A DNA stretch of 64,000 nucleotides, taken from an uncultured bacterium (GTDB taxonomy: Bacteria > Bacteroidota > Bacteroidia > Bacteroidales > CAIXTV01). The position numbers and the translations under genes were made by a program. The notes beneath the pieces are model-generated. The model saw only the letters and a list, made by a program, of their open reading frames with translations. It had not been told where the DNA came from and ran no database searches. Positions 57,935 to 64,000 of this stretch are shown in pieces. The stretch lies in contig CAIXTV010000054.1 in assembly GCA_903922465.1 (NCBI GenBank), forward strand, positions 18,278-82,277, given 5' to 3'. Position 1 is the stretch's first letter, and the number at the start of each line of letters is the position of its first letter.

Positions 57935-58126
57935 AATTATAGCTTTGCTGAGTATAATTAGTCCATATTTTATATAGAGACAATGCTGATCATTCCCATT
58001 TTTATTCATCATTATTAATTGCATTTCATCTTTTCCCTTTTCCTCCTAGATATCTAAACCACTAAAAGCTTATTTTCCAAATGTCCCCAATGTCCCAATA
58101 GTCTCAGTTGTGCTGTTAATTTCACA

Positions 58127-58504
58127 ACATCCATTACGCTTGGAAGAACATCCATAGGCCATCCAACGATAAGCATTACGCTTAGAAAGACATCCAAACT
58201 ACTTGAAAGAGAAAGCATTACGCTTGGAATGACATCCATACCGCTTTCAACGATATCCATACCGCTTTCAACGACATCCATACCGCTTTCAACGACATCC
58301 ATACCGCTTTCAACGACATCCATACCGCTTTCAACGACATCCATACCGCTTTGAACGACATCCATACCGCTTTCAACGACATCCATACCGCTTTGAACGA
58401 CTTCCATACCACTTTGAACGACTTCCATACCGCTTTCAACGACTTCCATACTGCTTTGAACGACTTCCATACTGCTTTGAACGACTTCCATAGAACAAAA
58501 TGCG
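58127..58504. repeat. Tandem array, 21-bp period, 18 units (core ACATCCATACCGCTTTCAACG)
   Basis: Units phased by hand in exact 21-bp steps from 58127. Degenerate at the 5' side, near-perfect at 58232-58399, and an ACTTCCATA variant block at 58400-58504. Open in at least 3 frames. Confidence 0.95.
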
Positions 58505-58928
58505 ATAGGCATTGTATTAAAATCGATATATAACACACAATATGAACAAATTAAGAATTTTCGTTTTACAGCATTTTCACATCACTAAATCCCCAAACTC
58601 CTCATCTAAGCAACATATAAATAAGTGAAAGCGTTAAGCCGAATTGAAAATTCGGCTTTGAATACAGGATAATTTGTAATTATCCCCACTTCCCATCCCC
58701 ACATTAAATGCCCATAAAGCTTATTAAATTTCCCACCAGACTTATGAAGGAATGATAATCCAATAACTGCAGGAGAAATAGGTTAATGTGTTATTGGTTA
58801 TTAAGTAGCTCTTTGGAAAGCCCATCGGAGATATGGAGACATAATAACCCAATAACCTAATACACCCAATAACTAATTCAGCAAATCACCAAATCCTATT
58901 TTTCCCATCAATATTTATTGTAAAAGTG

Positions 58929-58936
58929 TACCTTTG
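58929..58936 (+). promoter_or_regulatory. Bacteroidota -7 promoter box (TACCTTTG) for the ZIP transporter
   Basis: Exact TAnnTTTG 17 nt upstream of ATG 58954. Confidence 0.45.
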
Positions 58937-58953
58937 CACTTCTAAAACTGTAA

Positions 58954-59685
58954 ATGATGAATTTTCTTGTTTTTTCTGCATTGTTTTTTCCAATTGTATT
59001 AGCTGGGTTTAGTATTTTTCTTTTCACAACCTCCTCGCGAAATTTAAAACTTATTACGGCTTTTAGTGGAGCTTTCTTACTTTCGATTAGTTTTGTGGAT
59101 ATATTGCCCGAAATCTATCAGTCGAAACAATCAAACATTATAGGATTATTCATACTGTTGGGCTTTTTCATTCAACTAATTCTCGATTTTCTCACCAAAG
59201 GAGTAGAACATGGACATGTGCATCATCAGCACGACCCCCACGAAAAACACGTTGTTTCGCCCATACCTGTGATGATTGGAATTTGCATACATTCTTTTTT
59301 AGAAGGAATGCCTCTTGCCGAGAACTTTCATCTGCAAACGCTCACCAATACACTGCTCACCGGAATTGTAATTCATAATATTCCTATATCAATTGTTTTG
59401 ATGAGTTTGTTACTCCATTATGGTTATAGTCGTCGTAAATCTATCATCCTATTAATGATATTTGCATTTTCCTCTCCTTTAGGTGTCATAATTAGTTATT
59501 TTGTAGGAGGTGCATTATTAATCAATACAGAAATGTTTTTTAATGTTATCATGGCTATGGTTGTTGGGATTTTTCTTCATATATCAACCACCATTTTATT
59601 TGAAAGTGATGAACATCATCGCTTTAACTTATTGAAATTTATAACCATAATGATAGGTGCAGGTTTGGCTTATTTGATAGGATAA
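58954..59685 (+). CDS. ZIP-family divalent metal (zinc) transporter
   Basis: 8-TM layout, His-rich loop HGHVHHQHDPHEKH, and the HSFLEGMPLA and HNIPISI motifs. Confidence 0.8.
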   Translation: MMNFLVFSALFFPIVLAGFSIFLFTTSSRNLKLITAFSGAFLLSISFVDILPEIYQSKQSNIIGLFILLGFFIQLILDFLTKGVEHGHVHHQHDPHEKHVVSPIPVMIGICIHSFLEGMPLAENFHLQTLTNTLLTGIVIHNIPISIVLMSLLLHYGYSRRKSIILLMIFAFSSPLGVIISYFVGGALLINTEMFFNVIMAMVVGIFLHISTTILFESDEHHRFNLLKFITIMIGAGLAYLIG

Positions 59686-59741
59686 TTAATTTTTTTTGGA
59701 TTCTAATTAGATTTTTTCGAACTTTGTGAACTTATTCAAGC

Positions 59742-59749
59742 TATGTTTG
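59742..59749 (+). promoter_or_regulatory. Bacteroidota -7 promoter box (TATGTTTG) for the peroxiredoxin gene
   Basis: Exact TAnnTTTG 32 nt upstream of ATG 59782. Confidence 0.45.
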
Positions 59750-59781
59750 TTTAAAAATAAACTTTAAAACATTAAAATATT

Positions 59782-60414
59782 ATGTCAGTATTAGTAGGAA
59801 AAAAAGCGCCTGTATTTCAGGCAGATGCAGTAATTAACGGAGGAGATTTCGTTGAAAATTTCTCTTTGGAACAATACATTGGAAAGAAATACGTATTGTT
59901 TTTCTTTTATCCACTCGATTTCACATTTGTTTGCCCAACCGAAATCATTGCATTTCAGGACAAATTAGCTGAATTCGAAAAAAGAAATTGTGAAGTAGTT
60001 GGATGTTCAATTGATTCGAAGTTTTCGCATTGGGCATGGTTAAACACCGAATTAAACAAAGGTGGCATTAAAGGAGTTAAATTTCCTTTGGTTTCTGACC
60101 TTTCAAAAACTATTTCAGTAAATTATGATGTTTTAGCTGGCGAATATGACTATACACAAGAAGGTGAAATGTCATTCGTTGGAGGCCCTGTTGCCTATCG
60201 CGGTTTGTTTTTAATAGACAAAACCGGAACTGTTCGCCATCAATTAGTTAATGATCTTCCATTAGGCAGAAGCGTTGATGAAGCTATCAGAACTTTAGAT
60301 GCATTGCAACATTTCGAAGAATTTGGTGAAGTTTGCCCTGCTAACTGGTCGAAAGGAAAAGAAGCAATGCAAGCAACTCAGGAAGGTGTTTCCAGTTACT
60401 TAGCTAAACACTAA
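59782..60414 (+). CDS. ahpC: Typical 2-Cys peroxiredoxin (AhpC/Prx1 type)
   Basis: DFTFVCPTE peroxidatic Cys and EVCPANW resolving Cys. Confidence 0.95.
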   Translation: MSVLVGKKAPVFQADAVINGGDFVENFSLEQYIGKKYVLFFFYPLDFTFVCPTEIIAFQDKLAEFEKRNCEVVGCSIDSKFSHWAWLNTELNKGGIKGVKFPLVSDLSKTISVNYDVLAGEYDYTQEGEMSFVGGPVAYRGLFLIDKTGTVRHQLVNDLPLGRSVDEAIRTLDALQHFEEFGEVCPANWSKGKEAMQATQEGVSSYLAKH

Positions 60415-60434
60415 AAAGAATTTGTTTGAATTTG

Positions 60435-60469
60435 AAAAACGATTGAGTTTCCTCTCAATCGTTTTTTTT
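60435..60469. terminator. Bidirectional rho-independent terminator shared by ahpC and deoC
   Basis: AAAAACGATTGAG / CTCAATCGTTTTT perfect 13-bp stem with T-runs on both strands. The deoC stop codon lies in the stem. Confidence 0.8.
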
Positions 60470-61303
60470 ATGCTCATCAATTATGCGATCGAGCAGGCGG
60501 CTGGCACCAATGCGCAAATATTTTGAGTTAACATATTCTTTACCCAGCAAATTTTCTGTGAGGGCACAATATTCTAATGCTAGCAATATTTCGGAAACCC
60601 CACCGGCAGCTTTAACTCCAATCATTTTTCTGGTTTTCAGGAAATGTTCCCTAACGGCCATTAACATGGTATAAATTGAAGTAGTGCTCGCCCCAACAGG
60701 AATTTTCCCGGTAGATGTTTTAATGAAATCGGCTCCAGCATCAATGGCAAGTATACTGGCTTTATAAATATTAGTCACCGAACCCAATTCTCCGGTTTCG
60801 AGGATGACCTTAAGCGTTTGTTGTTTGCAACATTCGCGTATGGCAGCAATTTCATCATACACTTCCTGGAAATTTCCTTCCAGAAATTTCCCTCTCGATA
60901 TTACCATGTCAATTTCATCAGCGCCTTCATCAATAGCATATTTCACTTCAGCCAGTTTCACGGCAATAGAAGTCTGTCCACTTGGAAATGCTCCGGCAAC
61001 CGAAGCTGTAAGTATGCCGCTTCCTCTTAGCTTTGCTTTTACGGTTTTTACAAAAGGGGGATAAATGCAAATGGCTGCCACTTGCGGAAGTTTCACTTCT
61101 GTCAATAAAATTGCTTTATCGCATAATGCCATCACTTTTTTTTCTGTATCTGTTGCCTCAAGAGTTGTGAGATCAATGAGAGATGTGAGAACTGCTAGCT
61201 GTTGATTGGTAATTGCGGTTTCATGTAGTGATGTGGTGATTTCTAAAATATCATCAATCATATCATCAATAGAAATTTCGGGAATGTTATCAAATATTTT
61301 CAT
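60455..61303 (-). CDS. deoC: Deoxyribose-phosphate aldolase
   Basis: FIKTSTGK Schiff-base lysine motif and a TIM-barrel aldolase layout. Longer N-terminus than the E. coli enzyme. Confidence 0.85.
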   Translation of the reverse strand: MKIFDNIPEISIDDMIDDILEITTSLHETAITNQQLAVLTSLIDLTTLEATDTEKKVMALCDKAILLTEVKLPQVAAICIYPPFVKTVKAKLRGSGILTASVAGAFPSGQTSIAVKLAEVKYAIDEGADEIDMVISRGKFLEGNFQEVYDEIAAIRECCKQQTLKVILETGELGSVTNIYKASILAIDAGADFIKTSTGKIPVGASTTSIYTMLMAVREHFLKTRKMIGVKAAGGVSEILLALEYCALTENLLGKEYVNSKYLRIGASRLLDRIIDEHKKND

Positions 61304-61374
61304 TTCAGTTAAAGTTTTGGGGTAAAATTATTGAATTGTGGCTATATTCGCCTTTACAATGTCCAAACGATTAT

Positions 61375-62454
61375 TTATTTGTTTTTTTTATTCAAATCAA
61401 TTCGTATCGAGAATAAATTAGAGTTTAAGGCAATTCCTGATTTTCCTATGTTAGTAAGAGCATAATCAATGCTAATAATATTTTTAATCTTAACTCCTAA
61501 TCCCACATTTGGTTGAATTGTTTTAGTCACACTACCATCCCATCCTTTTTCATCCTGAATATTTCCGAGGCCACCTCTTAAGAAAACTATATTTTTATAA
61601 GCTACTTCTAGGCCTAAATGTGGGTCAACGTTAACGAAGTCGGAACGGATTAGAACATTTCGCTTTTTATCAAAGGTTAAATCGAAATCTAATGCAGTCA
61701 ACAAAGAGAAGCTATTGGAAATTTTTAAGTTTCGTCCTGCACCTAAAATAAGTCTTGGAAGTGTGTTTTCGAAAGAATTGGATGGGAGTTCATTGCCAGT
61801 AGCTAAAAAAGTTTCTTTGGTTTTTTCGTTTAAACTATAAGACCATGCATTAAAAGTAGATGTAACGTCTTTCGCAGTTAAACCAAAATCCCACTTTTTA
61901 TATTGATATTGAGCACCTAAATCAATTCCAAAACCCCAGGCATGAGCGAAACTTCCAATCTGACGATAAATAATTTTCACATTAGCGCCGTATTTTAAGC
62001 CTTTTATTTTTGATTTTTTTGCATAGGAAATCAAAAAACCGTAATCAGCAGCCGAAAAAGTAGAAATACGGTTGTAGTCAATGTTTCCTTGATTGTCGAT
62101 TAATTCAGTAGTGTTTGGAATATTGTCAACCCCAAAGCGAATAATTGAAAAGCCTAAAACACTGTTGGTGTCAATTTTCATTGCAAAGGCACCATAATCA
62201 TACTGTGCTAAACCAGCAAAGTATTCTGAATGCATAAGGGATATCTGATAATCAGATGACAAACTTGCCAATCCTCCGGGATTCCAGTAGCCTGAAGTAA
62301 CGTCATCCACAATTGCAGTTTGAGTATTGCTCATTGCAAGACCCCTAGCCCCTACTCCTAATGTTAAAAACTCATTGCTATACTTGGGTGCCTGAGCCAA
62401 TGCCACATTCAAAAAGGAAAGATAAGCAATTATAATCAAAATTTTTCTTGTCAT
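61375..62454 (-). CDS. PorV/PorQ-family outer-membrane beta-barrel (putative T9SS component)
   Basis: Signal peptide, then NEFLTLGVGARGLAMSNTQTAIVDDVTSGYWNPGGLA, which resembles the conserved N-terminal block of PorV/PorQ-family proteins as I recall it. Beta-barrel pattern. Confidence 0.55.
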   Translation of the reverse strand: MTRKILIIIAYLSFLNVALAQAPKYSNEFLTLGVGARGLAMSNTQTAIVDDVTSGYWNPGGLASLSSDYQISLMHSEYFAGLAQYDYGAFAMKIDTNSVLGFSIIRFGVDNIPNTTELIDNQGNIDYNRISTFSAADYGFLISYAKKSKIKGLKYGANVKIIYRQIGSFAHAWGFGIDLGAQYQYKKWDFGLTAKDVTSTFNAWSYSLNEKTKETFLATGNELPSNSFENTLPRLILGAGRNLKISNSFSLLTALDFDLTFDKKRNVLIRSDFVNVDPHLGLEVAYKNIVFLRGGLGNIQDEKGWDGSVTKTIQPNVGLGVKIKNIISIDYALTNIGKSGIALNSNLFSIRIDLNKKNK

Positions 62455-62572
62455 ACAATAGTGAAATTGAAAATTTGTTACTCTAAAACGTTTTGATCGA
62501 ATTTTTATTATATCAAGCTATTCGTGGGATAAAATTAAAAATATATTTCTTTCCAAGAGAAATATTAGCAAT

Positions 62573-62626
62573 AAAAAAAGGTTGCATCCTCAAAATGTCT
62601 TGTCAGACTAGACGAATGCAACCTTT
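62573..62626 (-). terminator. Rho-independent terminator downstream of the tRNA
   Basis: AAAGGTTGCAT...ATGCAACCTTT 11-bp stem (large loop), followed on the minus strand by a T7 run. Confidence 0.6.
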
Positions 62627-62634
62627 AATAATTG

Positions 62635-62708
62635 TGGGCCCACCTGGACTTGAACCAGGGACCTACTGATTATGAGTCAGTTGCTCTAACCAACTGAGCT
62701 ATAGGCCC
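62635..62708 (-). tRNA. tRNA with CAT anticodon; probably tRNA-Ile2 (lysidine), alternatively elongator tRNA-Met
   Basis: Hand-folded cloverleaf: acceptor GGGCCTA/TGGGCCC, D arm GCTC/GAGC, anticodon stem ACTGA/TCAGT with loop CTCATAA, T arm CCTGG-TTCAAGT-CCAGG. 74 nt, no encoded CCA. The C4:G69 and C5:G68 pairs resemble E. coli ileX. There is no initiator C1xA72 mismatch. Confidence 0.9.
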
Positions 62709-62721
62709 GAAAAATCTTCTG

Positions 62722-62729
62722 CAAAATTA
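62722..62729 (-). promoter_or_regulatory. Bacteroidota -7 promoter box (TAATTTTG) for the tRNA
   Basis: Exact TAnnTTTG on the minus strand, 13 nt upstream of the tRNA 5' end. Confidence 0.5.
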
Positions 62730-62764
62730 GAAAAAAGTAGTTAATTTGCAATAAAAAATACGCA

Positions 62765-63391
62765 ATGATTTCTCTTTCTTCTTTCGATGCCCTAATATTT
62801 GATTTTGGAGGTGTAATTCTTAACATCGATTATGGGCTTACAGTGGCAGCTTTTCAGCAAATTGGGGTGCATTCGCCACACACCTTTAAATTAAAAGATA
62901 ATGGCAAGAATTTATTTGTCGAATTTGAAAAGGGAAGTATTTCACCTATGCAATTCAGAGAAGAGATTAGAAAGCAATCGAAAATGAAAAAGAATGATGA
63001 GAAAATAGACCATGCCTGGAATGCTCTTCTGATCAATACTACTTTGGAAAGATTGGAATTGCTTTCATCATTGAAACAAAAAACCCAACTATTCCTTTTA
63101 AGTAATTCAAATAGGATACATTACGATTGGTATATTCCATATATCAATAATTCGTTTTCTGTTAATTTTAAAACTTTGTTCGAAAAAACTTATTTTTCAT
63201 TTAAGTTGGGGATGCTAAAGCCTGATCCTTGTATATATCAACTTGTTATTGATGAGAATTCACTTAATCCTGCACGAACCTTATTTATTGATGATTCGGA
63301 AGCAAATATTGAGGGGGCAAAGAGAGTAGGAATGCAAACATATTGGTTACAAGTAGGAGAAGAAATTACTAATGTATTTGGGAAACAGTAA
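62765..63391 (+). CDS. HAD-superfamily hydrolase (subfamily IA)
   Basis: LIFDFGGV (motif I), LLSNSN (motif II) and FIDDSEANIEGA (motif IV). Confidence 0.85.
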   Translation: MISLSSFDALIFDFGGVILNIDYGLTVAAFQQIGVHSPHTFKLKDNGKNLFVEFEKGSISPMQFREEIRKQSKMKKNDEKIDHAWNALLINTTLERLELLSSLKQKTQLFLLSNSNRIHYDWYIPYINNSFSVNFKTLFEKTYFSFKLGMLKPDPCIYQLVIDENSLNPARTLFIDDSEANIEGAKRVGMQTYWLQVGEEITNVFGKQ

Positions 63392-63523
63392 TTATTTATA
63401 TCAAACACGATATTAATGTACTTTTTCTAATGCTTTAATATATGAAAGCTATTAGAAATTAAAGTTATTGAGCATATCAGCCGAATTTTCCTACTTTTGC
63501 CACCTCCTTTAATAAGAATATTG

Positions 63524-64000
63524 ATGAAATACTACTCCTTATATTATATATCACTTTTTCTACTTCTAAGTTCTTCTACATTTAGCCAGGATAGCCTGAA
63601 TAAACCGAAAATTAATTTCAGTTTTGGCGGTTTTGTTAACGCTTGTGCTATTTACGATTCTCGCCAAATTGTTGAAGTGAGAGATGGCTTCATGGCATTT
63701 TATCCCAAAAACAAACAAACTGATAAAGATGGGAAAGATATAAACTCTAAGCCATCTTTAAACCAATATGCTATGACCACAAGGTTAAATGTAAAGGTAA
63801 ATGGACCCGATGCTTTTGGTGCTAAATCAATTGCTTTTGTTGAGGGAGATTTCACTGGAGCCTCTAACTCTGAAAACAATAGCTTGCGTTTACGTCATGC
63901 TTATATAAAACTTTCATGGAATAGAACCCAATTATTAATAGGGCAATATTGGCATCCGCTTGATGTTCCTGAAGCTTTGCCTAATGTAGTTTCTTTGAAC
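63524..64000 (+). CDS. Putative outer-membrane porin-like protein, N-terminal fragment (3' end outside window; not in the supplied ORF track)
   Basis: I translated from ATG 63524: MKYYSLYYISLFLLLSSSTFSQ signal peptide, then ...LRLRHAYIKLSWNRTQLLIGQYWHP. The frame is open to the window end. Confidence 0.5.
   Translation, partial: MKYYSLYYISLFLLLSSSTFSQDSLNKPKINFSFGGFVNACAIYDSRQIVEVRDGFMAFYPKNKQTDKDGKDINSKPSLNQYAMTTRLNVKVNGPDAFGAKSIAFVEGDFTGASNSENNSLRLRHAYIKLSWNRTQLLIGQYWHPLDVPEALPNVVSLN

Noticed and set aside
16911-58504. CRISPR interpretation of the 21-bp arrays
   Set aside because: Units abut directly with no unique spacers. The repeat length is shorter than typical CRISPR repeats. No cas genes are in the window.
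58054-58538. ORFs across array 4 (160 aa and 106 aa on minus, 60 aa on plus) as CDSs
   Set aside because: Multiple frames on both strands are open over the same repeat. This cannot be called a gene from sequence alone.
62455-62764. Genomic island or integrase next to the tRNA
   Set aside because: The flanks are ordinary genes (a PorV/PorQ-like barrel and a HAD hydrolase). There is no integrase, no direct repeat of the tRNA 3' end and no composition shift.

Overview
This is an AT-rich chromosomal segment that looks like Bacteroidota. Evidence: gliding/T9SS genes, TAnnTTTG -7 promoter boxes, and Shine-Dalgarno sequences mostly absent. All protein calls come from reading the supplied translations for motifs and family resemblance from memory; no searches were run.

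The window is mostly housekeeping:
- two tandem M24B Xaa-Pro aminopeptidases
- the T9SS core block porP/sprF-gldK-gldL-gldM-gldN
- recG
- the 2415-aa T9SS translocon sprA, downstream of ruvA
- an MqnC-like radical SAM enzyme
- a GT9 heptosyltransferase-like gene
- long-form ispG, divergent from an Rrf2 regulator
- a GT2 glycosyltransferase, a rhomboid protease and yqgE/algH
- a translationally coupled PP-loop-like protein plus MurD paralogue (candidate murL-murD2)
- ribosomal protein bTHX
- the rimP-nusA-infB operon
- pgi, fused DAHP synthase/chorismate mutase, kdtA, a ZIP transporter, ahpC-type peroxiredoxin and deoC
- a PorV/PorQ-like barrel, one tRNA(CAT) and a HAD hydrolase

No transposase, integrase, prophage, CRISPR array or rRNA was seen.

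The least explained content is non-coding:
- Four separate intergenic tandem arrays each have an exact 21-bp period: 16911-17024, 33197-33427, 50536-50829 and 58127-58504.
- A roughly 58-bp promoter-like element with a micro-ORF start occurs twice (25306-25363 and 33131-33188). One copy leads directly into an array.
- A dispersed CAAATTNCAAATT motif family is present.
- A 490-bp intergenic region (55409-55900) is packed with GTCATTGCGAG...CTCGCAATGAC palindromic elements.

The most accessory-looking protein content is a small membrane-anchored degenerate GGDEF protein next to an unknown-domain/histidine-phosphatase fusion (40870-43046).
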